A DNA stretch of 32,000 nt from Candidatus Saccharimonadota bacterium (GTDB lineage: Bacteria; Bacteroidota; Bacteroidia; Flavobacteriales; Blattabacteriaceae): positions 158,868-190,867 of the forward strand of contig NZ_CP093908.1 of the NCBI RefSeq assembly GCF_024818015.1, given 5' to 3'. The position numbers and the translations under genes were made by a program. Every line of letters begins with the position of its first letter. Positions within the stretch are counted from its first letter, which is position 1. This document shows, piece by piece, positions 15,990-26,324 of this stretch. The notes beneath the pieces are model-generated. The model saw only the letters and a program-made list of their open reading frames with translations, made no database searches and was not told the DNA's origin.

Positions 15990-18140
15990 TTAAATATGAT
16001 AATTACGATAAAAAAGAATTTTATGGGATAATTTAATTTTTCCTAATTTCTTATTTTTACCCAAATATTTTACGTATATTATATCTCCTGTTCTTATAAA
16101 ATTTTTTACTTTAGTTAATATTTTCCAAGAAATTTCTGATATATGTAATAATCCTTCTACAGATTTAGATATTTCAACTAAAACACAAAATTTTTTTCTA
16201 TTTTTAACTTTAGCTTTATAAATTTTTCCTACTTTAGGAACAAAAGTAATGTTTTTTATTTTTAAAATTGCTGATTTTAATTTTGTTTCATTTTTTCCTA
16301 AAATTTCAATTATACCTAGTTTTTCTTTTTCTTTTATTTTAATATTAGTTTCTGTAGAAACTTGGATTTCTTGTATGATTTTTCCCCCAGAACCTATTAC
16401 CGTTCCTATCAATTTTTTGGGTATATAAAAAGTATAAATTTTAGGAGCTGGAAACTTAAGTGATTTTCTAGGACAACTTAAAGTTGTAAGCATCTTTTTT
16501 ATTAGAAATAATAACCCTTTTTTTGCTTTAAAAATTGTATTTGATAGTACATCATAAGTAATTCCAGAGATTTTCATATCCATTTGACATGCTGTAATAC
16601 CATATTCAGTCCCTGTCATTTTAAAGTCCATATCTCCTATATAGTCTTCATCTCCTAATATATCTGAAAGAATTATGGCTTCACCTGTTAAATAATTCAT
16701 AATTAACCCCATAGATATTCCTGAAACTGGTCTTTTAACAGTAATCCCTGCATCCATTAATGCTAATGTACTAGCACATACAGTAGCCATAGAAGAAGAT
16801 CCATTTGATTCTAATACATCTGATACTACTCTTAGAGTATAAGGAGTTACAATTATATTTTTCAAAGCACGTTGAGCTAAATTTCCATGTCCAATTTCAC
16901 GTCTTGAGACTCCTTTTAAGAATTTAATTTCTCCAGTTGAAAAAGGAGGGAAATTATAATGTAAGTAAAATCTTTGTTTGGCTCGTATAATAGCATTATC
17001 AATTTGATTAACATCTAATGATGAACCTAAAGTAACTGTAGATAATGCTTGTGTTTCTCCTCTTGTAAAAATTGCAGATCCATGTACACCAGGCAAACAA
17101 TCTACTTTACTACAAATAGTTCTAATATCATCTAATGATCTACCATCTAAACGAATATTTTCTTTTAAAAGAATCTTTTTAATTATTTCTTTTTTGATTT
17201 CATCAAAGATAATATCAATTTCAATATTATTAATTACAATGCTATCATTAGATAAATGAAATTTTATTTCATTTAAAATCTTCTCAATTTGTTTAGAACG
17301 TTTTTGTTGAAATAAACAACCTTTATAGATATAATAAATATCTTCATAATAGAAAAAATTTATTTTTTCTTTTATATAAAAAACTTTTAAATTAAAATTT
17401 AAATATTTATAATAATAATTATACAATTTAATATTGTATAATCTCTTATTAAGAAATTTTTTCTTTTTAGTAATTAAACTAATTTGAGCTTCAATTTGTA
17501 ATTGAATATACTTATGTGCTTTAACTATTGCTTCCATCATCTCTATTTCAGAGATCTCTCTCATTTCTCCTTCTACAAGAAGAATATAATTATTAGTTCC
17601 TCCTACTATTAAATCTAACTCTGCTTTTTTCAATTCTTCAATCCCAGGATTAATAATAAATGCATCATTAATTCGTATTATACGAACTGTTGATACTGGC
17701 CCCTTAAAATAAATTTCTGATATAGAAACCGCCGTAGAAGCTACTAATCCAGCTAATCCATCAGGCAATACATTTATATCATATGATAACAAAGATATCA
17801 TTATTTGTATTTCCTGATAATAATTGTCTTTAAAAAGTGGACGTAATAAACGATCTACTAATCTCATAATTAATATTTCTTCCTCAGATGGCCTCCCTTC
17901 ACGTTTTATATATCCACCTGGAATTTTTCCGCCAGCTGAATATTTTTCCCTATAATCGATAGTAAGAGGTATAAATTTTAAATCCTCTTTGTATTCTTTG
18001 TAAATTACTACAGTGGCTAATAAGCTAGTATTTCCCATACGAACTACAGCTGATCCATTAGCTTTACGCGCAAATTTTCCAGTTTCTATGCTTAAAGCAC
18101 GTCCATCTTCTAAAAAAAGATTTTCTTTTATTAGGATCAT
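15990..18140 (-). CDS. pnp: polyribonucleotide nucleotidyltransferase (PNPase)
   Basis: 716 aa with two RNase PH domains, a KH domain (IGTVIGSGGKIIQEI) and a C-terminal S1 domain (GKIYKAKVKN...GLLHISEIS). The start overlaps the rpsO stop by 4 nt. Confidence 0.95.
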   Translation of the reverse strand: MILIKENLFLEDGRALSIETGKFARKANGSAVVRMGNTSLLATVVIYKEYKEDLKFIPLTIDYREKYSAGGKIPGGYIKREGRPSEEEILIMRLVDRLLRPLFKDNYYQEIQIMISLLSYDINVLPDGLAGLVASTAVSISEIYFKGPVSTVRIIRINDAFIINPGIEELKKAELDLIVGGTNNYILLVEGEMREISEIEMMEAIVKAHKYIQLQIEAQISLITKKKKFLNKRLYNIKLYNYYYKYLNFNLKVFYIKEKINFFYYEDIYYIYKGCLFQQKRSKQIEKILNEIKFHLSNDSIVINNIEIDIIFDEIKKEIIKKILLKENIRLDGRSLDDIRTICSKVDCLPGVHGSAIFTRGETQALSTVTLGSSLDVNQIDNAIIRAKQRFYLHYNFPPFSTGEIKFLKGVSRREIGHGNLAQRALKNIIVTPYTLRVVSDVLESNGSSSMATVCASTLALMDAGITVKRPVSGISMGLIMNYLTGEAIILSDILGDEDYIGDMDFKMTGTEYGITACQMDMKISGITYDVLSNTIFKAKKGLLFLIKKMLTTLSCPRKSLKFPAPKIYTFYIPKKLIGTVIGSGGKIIQEIQVSTETNIKIKEKEKLGIIEILGKNETKLKSAILKIKNITFVPKVGKIYKAKVKNRKKFCVLVEISKSVEGLLHISEISWKILTKVKNFIRTGDIIYVKYLGKNKKLGKIKLSHKILFYRNYHI

Positions 18141-18373
18141 TTTTGAGTCTTATTTTTTTTTTCTATATATTTAAGTAACTTTTTTCTTTTAGAAACTAAA
18201 ATTTGTAGAGATCTTTCTGTATTAAAATCCTTTTTATTATATTTCAGATGATTGGTTAGATTTTTTATTTTAAATGTTAATAAGGCGATTTGTACTATAC
18301 AATTCCCAGTATCAGATTCTGATAATCCATAATTTTTAATTATTATTTTTTTTTTATTTGAATTTAAATCCAT
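18137..18373 (-). CDS. rpsO: 30S ribosomal protein S15 (C-terminally short)
   Basis: 78 aa: SESDTGNCIVQIALLTFKIKNLTNHLKYNKKDFNTERSLQILVSKRKKLLKY matches the S15 core. It sits upstream of pnp, as in most bacteria. Confidence 0.9.
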   Translation of the reverse strand: MDLNSNKKKIIIKNYGLSESDTGNCIVQIALLTFKIKNLTNHLKYNKKDFNTERSLQILVSKRKKLLKYIEKKNKTQK

Positions 18374-18459
18374 TATTTTTTGAATATTAATTATATATTA
18401 TAAATATATATATCTAATAATAGATATATAGATATATTAAACTATTTATTTAAACTTTT

Positions 18460-18702
18460 ATGAGAAAAAAAATTCATCCTGACAATTATAGGATTGTTGT
18501 ATTTAAAGATATGACTAGTAATCAAAGTTTTTTTTGTAAATCAACTATTAAAACAAAAGATAAGATTAATTTAAATGGGAAAGAATATCCATTATATAAA
18601 ATGGAAATCTCAAGTTATTCTCATCCTTTTTATACAGGACATATTAAATATGTAGATTCTACTGGAAGAATAGAGAAATTTAATAAAAAATATAAATTAT
18701 AA
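18460..18702 (+). CDS. rpmE: 50S ribosomal protein L31
   Basis: 80 aa: [10 protein letters not shown]...[10 protein letters not shown]...[14 protein letters not shown], the L31 signature. The stop overlaps the rpsL start (TAATG). Confidence 0.9.
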   Translation: MRKKIHPDNYRIVVFKDMTSNQSFFCKSTIKTKDKINLNGKEYPLYKMEISSYSHPFYTGHIKYVDSTGRIEKFNKKYKL

Positions 18703-19085
18703 TGCCAACTATACAGCAACTTGTAAGAAAAAGGAGAAAGAATATAAAAAAAAAAAGTAAATCGATGGCTTTAAATTGTTGTCCTCAACGTAGAGGAGTA
18801 TGTACAAGGGTATATACAACTACTCCTAAAAAACCTAATTCTGCAATGAGAAAAGTAGCCCGAGTTCGTTTAACAAATGGAAAGGAAGTAAATGCATATA
18901 TTCCAGGAGAAGGACATAATCTTCAAGAACATTCTATTGTCTTAATAAGAGGTGGAAGAGTAAAAGATTTACCAGGTGTTCGTTATCATATAATACGTGG
19001 AGCTTTAGATACAGCGGGAGTTAAAGATAGAAAAAAAGCTCGTAGTAAATATGGAGCCAAGTGTTCTAAACAAAAGAAAAAATGA
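18702..19085 (+). CDS. rpsL: 30S ribosomal protein S12
   Basis: [12 protein letters not shown]...[53 protein letters not shown] is near-invariant S12. Confidence 0.97.
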   Translation: MPTIQQLVRKRRKNIKKKSKSMALNCCPQRRGVCTRVYTTTPKKPNSAMRKVARVRLTNGKEVNAYIPGEGHNLQEHSIVLIRGGRVKDLPGVRYHIIRGALDTAGVKDRKKARSKYGAKCSKQKKK

Positions 19086-19540
19086 GAAAATCCAAAATAA
19101 AAAATTATCAACCTGATCCGAGATTTAAAGATCCTTTAGTAACGCGATTTGTAAATCATTTAATGAAAGATGGTAAAAAAACTATAGCTTATAGGATATT
19201 TTATAATTGTATTTCGGAAATAGAAAAAACAAAAAAAAATGGTTTAAAAATCTGGAAAGAAGCATTAGATAATGTAAGACCTCATGTAGAAGTTAGAAGT
19301 AGACGTATTGGAGGTTCTAATATACAAGTACCAACACAGATTCCATCTTATGTAAAAGTTACTAAAGCTATGAAATTATTAATTAGTTGTGCACGTGAAA
19401 GAAATGAAAAAAAAATGTATAAAAAATTAGCAGAAGAAATTTTATTAGCTTCTAAAAAAGAAGGAGCTGCGTTTAAAAAACGTGAAAATATTCATAAAAT
19501 GGCTGAAGCTAATAAAGCATTTTCTCATTTTAAATTTTAA
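19082..19540 (+). CDS. rpsG: 30S ribosomal protein S7
   Basis: 152 aa: [22 protein letters not shown]...[16 protein letters not shown]...[14 protein letters not shown] overlap with rpsL. Confidence 0.95.
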   Translation: MRKSKIKNYQPDPRFKDPLVTRFVNHLMKDGKKTIAYRIFYNCISEIEKTKKNGLKIWKEALDNVRPHVEVRSRRIGGSNIQVPTQIPSYVKVTKAMKLLISCARERNEKKMYKKLAEEILLASKKEGAAFKKRENIHKMAEANKAFSHFKF

Positions 19541-19547
19541 TAAAAGG

Positions 19548-21629
19548 ATGAAAAATAATTTAAAATATACAAGAAATATAGGTATAGCTGCACATATTGA
19601 TGCAGGAAAAACTACAACTACAGAACGGATTTTATTTTATACTGGAATAAATCATAAAATAGGTGAAGTTCATGATGGGACAGCTACTATGGATTGGATG
19701 GAACAAGAACAAGAAAGAGGAATAACAATAACTTCTGCTGCTACAAAATGTGAATGGTTATATAATAATAACATTTATAAAATAAACATTATTGATACGC
19801 CTGGTCATGTTGATTTTACGGTAGAAGTAGAAAGATCTTTAAGAGTTTTAGATGGGATGGTAGCATTATTTAGTGCAGTAGATGGTGTAGAACCACAATC
19901 AGAAACAGTTTGGAGACAAGCAGATAAATATAAAGTACCTAGAATAGGTTTTGTCAATAAAATGGATAGACAAGGAGCAGATTTTTTTAATGTATGTGAA
20001 CAAATTAAATCTAATTTAGGTGCTAATTGTTTGATATTACAGATACCTATTGGTATAGAAGATAATTTTAAAGGAGTTGTAGATATTATATCTAAAAAAG
20101 CTATAATTTGGGATGAAAAAAACTATGGTTTATCCTATAATATAAGAACGATGCCTGAAGGATTATTAGAATTAACTAATAAATATAGAAAGATTTTGAT
20201 AGAAACTATATCTGAATATGATTATGATATAATGGGAAAATATTTTTCTAATCCTAATGAAATATCAGAAAATGAGATTATATCATCTATTAAAAAATCT
20301 ACAATCAATCTTGATCTTGTTCCAATGATTTGTGGATCCTCTTTTAAAAATAAAGGAGTACAAGTAATGTTAGATACTATCTGTCGATATTTACCATCTC
20401 CAATTGAGATAAAGGAAACAAAAGGTATAAATCCAAAAACAGAAAAAGAAGAAATCCGTAAACATAATTCTAATGAACATTTTTCTGCTTTAGCATTTAA
20501 AATAGCCACTGACTCTTTTGTAGGTCGTTTAGCTTTTTTTAGAGTCTACTCAGGCCAATTAAAGTCTGGAACATATATTTTGAACTCTCGTTCAGGAAAT
20601 AAAGAACGTATATCAAGAATATATCAAATGCATGCTAATAAACAAAACCCTGTAAATCTTATTGAAGCTGGAGATATAGGGGCTGCAGTAGGATTTAAAG
20701 ATATTAAAACTGGAGATACTTTATGTGATGAAAATTATCCAATTATATTTGAAAATATTTCATTTCCTGATCCAGTAATTGGATTAGCTATTGAACCCAA
20801 ATATAAATCTGATATAGATAAAATGAGTTTAGCGTTATCTAAATTATCAGAAGAAGATCCAACTTTCATAGTACGTAATGATAAATATACTGGCCAAACC
20901 ATCATATCCGGTATGGGAGAATTACATTTAGAAATTATTTTAGATAGAATTGAAAGGGAATTTAAAGTAAAAGTTAATAAAGGGAATCCTCAGGTAGAAT
21001 ATAAAGAAGCATTAACTAATTCTATTGAGCATAGAGAAATATATAAAAAACAAACTGGAGGACGAGGTAAATATGCTGATATTTTATTTAAATTAGAACC
21101 TGGAAAAAAGGGGGCTCAAGGATTGGAGTTTATAAATAAAGTAAAAGGAGGAAATATTCCAAAAGAATATATCCCGTCAATAGAAAAAGCTTTTAATGAA
21201 GCTATGAAGAATGGTCCCTTATATGGATATGAAATAAATAATGCAAGAATTATATTAATAGATGGTTCATATCATTCTGTAGATTCTGATCAATTATCTT
21301 TTGAATTAGCTAGTAAAATTGGATTTAAAAATGCAGCAAAGAAGACAAATCCTATTATTTTAGAACCTCTAATGAAATTAGAAGTATTAACTCCTCCAGA
21401 AAATATGGGGAATATTGTAGGTGATCTAAATAGAAGAAGAGGTATTATACAAGGGATGGAAGAAAATCGAAGTAATTCCAAAATAATAAAAGCTCTTGTT
21501 CCTTTATCCGAATTATTTGGATATGTAACTATTTTACGTACATTATCTTCTGGAAGAGCTACTTCTACAATGGAATTTTATAAATATCAGCCAGCTCCAG
21601 TTCCATATAATTTTTTAAATAAAAAATGA
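19548..21629 (+). CDS. fusA: translation elongation factor G
   Basis: [41 protein letters not shown] and NKMD. I trimmed the start to the ATG at 19548; the track's 19482 start overlaps rpsG and adds non-homologous residues. Confidence 0.97.
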   Translation: MKNNLKYTRNIGIAAHIDAGKTTTTERILFYTGINHKIGEVHDGTATMDWMEQEQERGITITSAATKCEWLYNNNIYKINIIDTPGHVDFTVEVERSLRVLDGMVALFSAVDGVEPQSETVWRQADKYKVPRIGFVNKMDRQGADFFNVCEQIKSNLGANCLILQIPIGIEDNFKGVVDIISKKAIIWDEKNYGLSYNIRTMPEGLLELTNKYRKILIETISEYDYDIMGKYFSNPNEISENEIISSIKKSTINLDLVPMICGSSFKNKGVQVMLDTICRYLPSPIEIKETKGINPKTEKEEIRKHNSNEHFSALAFKIATDSFVGRLAFFRVYSGQLKSGTYILNSRSGNKERISRIYQMHANKQNPVNLIEAGDIGAAVGFKDIKTGDTLCDENYPIIFENISFPDPVIGLAIEPKYKSDIDKMSLALSKLSEEDPTFIVRNDKYTGQTIISGMGELHLEIILDRIEREFKVKVNKGNPQVEYKEALTNSIEHREIYKKQTGGRGKYADILFKLEPGKKGAQGLEFINKVKGGNIPKEYIPSIEKAFNEAMKNGPLYGYEINNARIILIDGSYHSVDSDQLSFELASKIGFKNAAKKTNPIILEPLMKLEVLTPPENMGNIVGDLNRRRGIIQGMEENRSNSKIIKALVPLSELFGYVTILRTLSSGRATSTMEFYKYQPAPVPYNFLNKK

Positions 21630-21931
21630 TTATGAAGATAAAAATTAAATTAAAATCATATGATTCTTATTTATTAGATCAATCTGTTTTTAGAATAGTC
21701 AAATTTGTAATTTCAACGGGGGCAAAAGTAAATGGTCCAATACCATTACCAACTAAAAAAACAATTTATACAGTTTTAAGATCTCCTCATGTTCATAAAA
21801 AATCTCGTGAACAATTTCAATTATCAAATTATACAAGGTTATTAGAAATATGTAATGCTGGACCTAATACTGTAGATGCCTTAATAAAATTAGAATTAGC
21901 TAGTGGTGTTGAAGTAGAAATAAAAGTATAA
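21626..21931 (+). CDS. rpsJ: 30S ribosomal protein S10
   Basis: [17 protein letters not shown]...[32 protein letters not shown] overlap with the fusA stop. There is no tuf between fusA and rpsJ. Confidence 0.95.
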   Translation: MIMKIKIKLKSYDSYLLDQSVFRIVKFVISTGAKVNGPIPLPTKKTIYTVLRSPHVHKKSREQFQLSNYTRLLEICNAGPNTVDALIKLELASGVEVEIKV

Positions 21932-22573
21932 ATGATTATGTCAGGAATAATAGGTAAAAATATTGGGATGACTAGTATATATGATGAATCAGGATTTAAT
22001 GTTCCATGTTCTATAATAGAAGCAGGTCCATGTATTGTTTTACAAATAAAAACTAAAGAAAAAGATGGATATAATTCTTGTCAATTAGGTTTTGATGAAA
22101 AAAAAAACACCAATAAACCGTTGTTATTTTTTTTTAAAAAATTTAAATCTACACCTAAAAAAAAAATATTTGAATTCCCTATAAGAGGAAATATAAAATC
22201 GGGTAATATAATTAAATTACATTTTTTTAATGAAAATGAATTAGTTAACATAACTGGGATTTCGAAAGGAAAAGGATTTCAAGGTGTTGTTAAACGTCAT
22301 GGATTTTCAGGTGTAGGAGAAAGGTCTCATGGGCAACATAATAGGTCTAGAGCTCCTGGCTCTATAGGTGCAGGTTCTGACCCCTCAAGAGTATTTAAAG
22401 GTACTAGAATGGCAGGTAGAATGGGGAATAAGAAAGTAACTCTAAAAAATAGAAAAATATTAAAAATCGATTTATTAAATAATTTTTTCCTTATAAAAGG
22501 ATCTGTTCCTGGGGCTAAAAATTCTTATCTAATAATTAAAAAACTCAACTCAAATGAAAATAACAATATTTAA
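21932..22573 (+). CDS. rplC: 50S ribosomal protein L3
   Basis: [16 protein letters not shown]...[15 protein letters not shown]...[15 protein letters not shown]. The start could instead be the second ATG at 21938. Confidence 0.94.
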   Translation: MIMSGIIGKNIGMTSIYDESGFNVPCSIIEAGPCIVLQIKTKEKDGYNSCQLGFDEKKNTNKPLLFFFKKFKSTPKKKIFEFPIRGNIKSGNIIKLHFFNENELVNITGISKGKGFQGVVKRHGFSGVGERSHGQHNRSRAPGSIGAGSDPSRVFKGTRMAGRMGNKKVTLKNRKILKIDLLNNFFLIKGSVPGAKNSYLIIKKLNSNENNNI

Positions 22574-23171
22574 TAATTCAGGTATAGAAACAGGTAGGTA
22601 CTTAAAAGTAAATAATTGTTTTCTAAAAAAAGAAAATAATAATATTTTATTTCTTGATATAAAGAGATATTTATCCGACCAAAGACAGGGGACCAATAAA
22701 TCTAAAGAAAGAAGTGAAATTACAGGAAGTACAAAAAAAATTCAACGTCAAAAGGGAAGTGGAAATGCAAGAAAAGGAGATATAAAAAACCCGATATTTA
22801 GATCTGGGGGACGAATTTTTGGTCCGAAACCAAGGAATTTTAATATAAAAATTAATAATAAGTCTAAATTTTTAGCCCAAAAAACTATACTAAATTTTAA
22901 GTTAAGAACCAATAAAATAAAAGTGATAGAAGATTTTAAAATTAATATTATAAAAACTAAATTAGTCTTGAAAATTTTTAAGAGATTAAATTTTAATTTT
23001 AAAAAATCATTAATTATTTATAATAAAAGAAATGATATTTTGTTTTTTTCATCTAGAAATTTCAAATTTACTAATATTTTGTCAATTAATGAATTAAATA
23101 GTTATGAATTAGCAAATTCCGACTATTTAGTTTTTTTCGAAAGTGCCATAAAAAAAATATTAAAATTGTAA
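22554..23171 (+). CDS. rplD: 50S ribosomal protein L4
   Basis: 205 aa: [52 protein letters not shown] is the L4 core. Overlaps rplC by 20 nt. Confidence 0.92.
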   Translation: MKITIFNNSGIETGRYLKVNNCFLKKENNNILFLDIKRYLSDQRQGTNKSKERSEITGSTKKIQRQKGSGNARKGDIKNPIFRSGGRIFGPKPRNFNIKINNKSKFLAQKTILNFKLRTNKIKVIEDFKINIIKTKLVLKIFKRLNFNFKKSLIIYNKRNDILFFSSRNFKFTNILSINELNSYELANSDYLVFFESAIKKILKL

Positions 23172-23173
23172 AT

Positions 23174-23401
23174 ATGTTTGTTAAAACCAATATATCAAAT
23201 ATATCTTTTATTTCTAATAAAAATGATTATTTTCTATTTTCTGTCTTTTTTTCTAAAAAAGAAATTATTAATTATATAAAGAAAATATATAAAATTCCTG
23301 TTTATGAAGTAAAGACTCAGATTTTGTATAAAAAAAAGAATAGACGACTGAAAAAAGTCTTTTTAAGATTATCTAAAAATAAATCTGTAATATGTCAATA
23401 A
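23174..23401 (+). CDS. rplW: 50S ribosomal protein L23 (short, diverged)
   Basis: 75-aa ORF in the conserved rplD-rplW-rplB slot. Similarity to L23 is weak but recognisable (FLFSVFFSKKEIINYIKKIYKIPVYEVKT...KKVFLRL). Assigned mainly by synteny. Confidence 0.7.
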   Translation: MFVKTNISNISFISNKNDYFLFSVFFSKKEIINYIKKIYKIPVYEVKTQILYKKKNRRLKKVFLRLSKNKSVICQ

Positions 23402-24207
23402 AAAAAACTAAACCAATAACTTCTAGTCAAAGATTTAAAGTTATAAATACATTTAAAGAAATAACCAAAAAAAATCCTGAAAAAACTCTTTCTAGAGGTA
23501 AAAAAAAAACAGGAGGTAGAAATTCTTCTGGAAGAATAACTATAAGATATTTAGGTGGGGGACATAAAAAAAAATATAGAATTATAGATTATAAAAGGAA
23601 TAAATTTGGGATACCTGCTATTATAAAACATATTGAATATGATCCTAATAGATCATGTTTTATTTATCTTCTTTTTTATATAGATGGAGAAAAAAGATAT
23701 ATACCTTCAATTAATGGTTTAAATATAGGTAATAAAATTTTATCAGATAAAAAAACCCCTCCAGAATTAGGAAATGCTATGTATATAATGAATATCCCTT
23801 TAGGGACTATAATTTCTTGTGTAGAACTGATTCCAGGGAAAGGAGCAATATTAGCACGTAGTGCTGGTTCATATGCACAATTAATTGCAAAATCAAAAAG
23901 ATTTGCTACAATTAAATTACCTTCTGGAGAAAAACGTATGGTATTATCAACATGTATGGCAACTATAGGATCTATTTATAATTCCGATCATAAATTAGAA
24001 ATGGATGGTAAAGCAGGAAGAAAACGTTGGTTAGGTAGAAAACCAAGAACTAGGGGAGTAGCCATGAATCCAATAGACCATCCGATGGGCGGTGGTGAAG
24101 GAAAATCATCTGGAGGACATCCCAGAAACAGAAATGGGATTCCTTCTAATGGATTTAAAACACGAAATAAAAAAAAAATTACCAATAAATATATTATAAA
24201 AAAATAA
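23392..24207 (+). CDS. rplB: 50S ribosomal protein L2
   Basis: 271 aa: GGRNSSGRITIRYLGGGHKKKYRIIDYKR, and GVAMNPIDHPMGGGEG. Confidence 0.96.
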   Translation: MSIKKTKPITSSQRFKVINTFKEITKKNPEKTLSRGKKKTGGRNSSGRITIRYLGGGHKKKYRIIDYKRNKFGIPAIIKHIEYDPNRSCFIYLLFYIDGEKRYIPSINGLNIGNKILSDKKTPPELGNAMYIMNIPLGTIISCVELIPGKGAILARSAGSYAQLIAKSKRFATIKLPSGEKRMVLSTCMATIGSIYNSDHKLEMDGKAGRKRWLGRKPRTRGVAMNPIDHPMGGGEGKSSGGHPRNRNGIPSNGFKTRNKKKITNKYIIKK

Positions 24208-24213
24208 AAGATT

Positions 24214-24504
24214 ATGCCACGTTCCTTAAAAAAAGGTCCATATGTTAATTATAAATTAATAAAAAAAATTATTTTGAATAATTTGAACTTAAAAAAAAAA
24301 ATTATAAAGACTTGGTCTAGATCATCTACTATTACTCCTGAGTTTATTGGAAACACAATAGCAGTTCATAATGGGAAAATTTTTATTCCAATATATATAT
24401 CTGAAAATATGGTGGGTCATAAATTAGGAGAATTTGCCCCTACTAGAATTTTTAGAGGCCATTCAGGATCTAAAAAAAAAACAAAAACAAAAACAAAAAA
24501 ATAA
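24214..24504 (+). CDS. rpsS: 30S ribosomal protein S19
   Basis: [11 protein letters not shown]...[22 protein letters not shown]...[17 protein letters not shown]. It has a [10 protein letters not shown] tail encoded by A-run/(AAAAAC) repeats. Confidence 0.95.
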   Translation: MPRSLKKGPYVNYKLIKKIILNNLNLKKKIIKTWSRSSTITPEFIGNTIAVHNGKIFIPIYISENMVGHKLGEFAPTRIFRGHSGSKKKTKTKTKK

Positions 24505-24505
24505 A

Positions 24506-24535
24506 AATTTAATTTAATTTAATTTAATTTAATTT
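24506..24535. repeat. (AATTT)6 pentanucleotide microsatellite filling the rpsS-rplV spacer
   Basis: Six exact tandem copies of aattt, read directly at 24506-24535. Confidence 0.95.
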
Positions 24536-24539
24536 AGTA

Positions 24540-24944
24540 ATGGAATCAAATAATTTTTTTTTTAAAAAAAAAAGAGCTACTAGATCAGTAGCTGATGTTA
24601 GCAATCTTTATTGTTCTCCACGTAAATTACGTTTAGTTGCAGATCTTATTCGTAATAAAAAAGTAGAATATTCTTTATTTATACTTAAAAATTTAAAAAA
24701 TAAGGGGGGACATATAATCTATAAAATATTATTATCATTAATTTATAATTGGAAAAATGAAAATTATGAAAAAAATATAAATAATTATAATCTTTATATA
24801 GAAAAAGTATTAATAAACCAAGGATATCAATTTAAAAAAATTCGTCCTGCTCCTCAAGGACGATGTAATAAAGTTAGAAAAAGATATAGTAATCTAAAAA
24901 TTATTCTAAATAGTAAATTTCAATTTAAGAATTATGGGACATAA
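24540..24944 (+). CDS. rplV: 50S ribosomal protein L22
   Basis: 134 aa: [17 protein letters not shown]...[19 protein letters not shown]. Sits in the conserved slot between rpsS and rpsC. Confidence 0.9.
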   Translation: MESNNFFFKKKRATRSVADVSNLYCSPRKLRLVADLIRNKKVEYSLFILKNLKNKGGHIIYKILLSLIYNWKNENYEKNINNYNLYIEKVLINQGYQFKKIRPAPQGRCNKVRKRYSNLKIILNSKFQFKNYGT

Positions 24945-25638
24945 GGTAAACACATTATCTACTCGATTAGGATTAATTGTTGGATGGCAATCGTTATGGT
25001 ATAGTCATTATCCAGAAAGAATAAAAGAAGATTTTCAGATAAGAAAATATTTGGAAAATCGTTTATCAAAAGCTAATCTATCTAGAATCTATATTGAAAG
25101 ATACTTAAATAAAGTTATTATAACTATATCTAGTTCCCGTCCGTCGATTATAATAGGTAAAGGTGGGTCTGAAATATATAAATTAAAAAAAGAATTAAAT
25201 ATTTTGACATATAAAAATATATTAATAAAGATTTTTGAAATTAAAAAACCAGAATTAGATGCTGTTTTAGTTTCTAAAAGTATAGCTAGTCAATTAGAAA
25301 ATAGAGGTTCTTATAAAAAAGCAATCAAAATCTGCATATCTGCTGCCTTGCAGGTTAATGTGGAAGGGATCAAAATAAAAATATCAGGGCGTCTTAATGG
25401 AGCAGAAATGGCACGTAAGGAAACTTATAAAGAAGGTAGAATTCCTTTATCGACTTTTAGGGCGGATATAGATTATCATATGACGGAAGCTCATACAAAT
25501 TATGGAATAATAGGTATAAAAGTATGGATTATGAAAGGAGAAATTTATGGAAAAAAGAATATATTTAATATTTTTAACTTTAAAAAAGTTTATGATTCTG
25601 ATGAGGATTATGAATTATTATATTCAGATGTAGATTAA
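24934..25638 (+). CDS. rpsC: 30S ribosomal protein S3
   Basis: [23 protein letters not shown]..., a KH domain (IIGKGGSEI), and [30 protein letters not shown]. It has an acidic C-terminal tail. Confidence 0.95.
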   Translation: MGHKVNTLSTRLGLIVGWQSLWYSHYPERIKEDFQIRKYLENRLSKANLSRIYIERYLNKVIITISSSRPSIIIGKGGSEIYKLKKELNILTYKNILIKIFEIKKPELDAVLVSKSIASQLENRGSYKKAIKICISAALQVNVEGIKIKISGRLNGAEMARKETYKEGRIPLSTFRADIDYHMTEAHTNYGIIGIKVWIMKGEIYGKKNIFNIFNFKKVYDSDEDYELLYSDVD

Positions 25639-25651
25639 AAATTTTAATGTT

Positions 25652-26062
25652 ATGTTACAACCTAAAAAAACTAAATATGACAAACGACATAAAGGTCGTA
25701 TAAAAGGTAATGCTACAAGAGGAACAAAATTATGTTTTGGAAAATATGGTATAAAATCATTAGATCCAGGATGGATTACAGATAGACAAATAGAGTCTGC
25801 ACGTGTTGCAGCAACACGTTATATGAAAAGACAAGGAAAATTATGGTTAAATATATTTCCTGATAAACCTGTAACTAAAAAACCTCAAGAAGTTCGTATG
25901 GGGAAAGGGAAAGGTGGAAGAGATCATTGGGTATCAGTAGTAAGACCAGGAAGAGTATTAATTGAAGTAGATGGTGTTGATTTATTGATTGGGAAAGAAG
26001 CGCTTAGATTGGCTTCTCAAAAATTACCAGTAAGAACAAAATTTATAATTAAAAATGCGTAA
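25652..26062 (+). CDS. rplP: 50S ribosomal protein L16
   Basis: [24 protein letters not shown]...RMGKGKG. Full length at 136 aa. Confidence 0.96.
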   Translation: MLQPKKTKYDKRHKGRIKGNATRGTKLCFGKYGIKSLDPGWITDRQIESARVAATRYMKRQGKLWLNIFPDKPVTKKPQEVRMGKGKGGRDHWVSVVRPGRVLIEVDGVDLLIGKEALRLASQKLPVRTKFIIKNA

Positions 26063-26324
26063 AAAAAAAAAAGAAAAAATAGGAATTGTTATTAGCAATA
26101 AGATGAAAAAAACAATAATTATATCTGAAACAAAGAGAATAAAACATCCTTCTTATAAAAAAGTAATTTTAAAAAGAAAAAAATATTATGTTCATGATGA
26201 ATATAATATTTCAAATGAAGGTGATTTAGTAAAAATTATTGAGACTAGACCTTTAAGTAAGCAAAAATTTTGGAGATTATTAAAAATTGTAAAAAAATAT
26301 GTTACAACAAGAATCAAGAATTAG
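26055..26324 (+). CDS. rpsQ: 30S ribosomal protein S17
   Basis: [30 protein letters not shown].....KYYVHDE...[20 protein letters not shown]. Starts 8 nt before the rplP stop, so no rpmC lies between them. Confidence 0.93.
   Translation: MRKKKKEKIGIVISNKMKKTIIISETKRIKHPSYKKVILKRKKYYVHDEYNISNEGDLVKIIETRPLSKQKFWRLLKIVKKYVTTRIKN

Noticed and set aside
19482-19547. Upstream extensions of fusA (19482), rpsN (27148) and rpsH (27495, TTG)
   Set aside because: The extensions overlap the preceding gene and add non-homologous residues. The conserved N-termini begin at the ATGs at 19548, 27232 and 27504.
20222-21481. Two minus-strand ORFs (20222-20509, 21290-21481) inside fusA
   Set aside because: Both are antisense shadows of EF-G, with no similarity to any family I recognise.
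21626-21940. The identical ATGATTATG string at the starts of both rpsJ (21626) and rplC (21932) as a possible shared initiation signal
   Set aside because: Two occurrences of a 9-mer built only from A, T and G in DNA this A+T-rich are not compelling. Other genes in the array do not share it.
23988-24185. 65-aa minus-strand ORF inside rplB
   Set aside because: It is antisense to the most conserved part of L2 (GVAMNPIDHPMGGGEG). Its proline- and glycine-rich sequence is just the complement of that motif.
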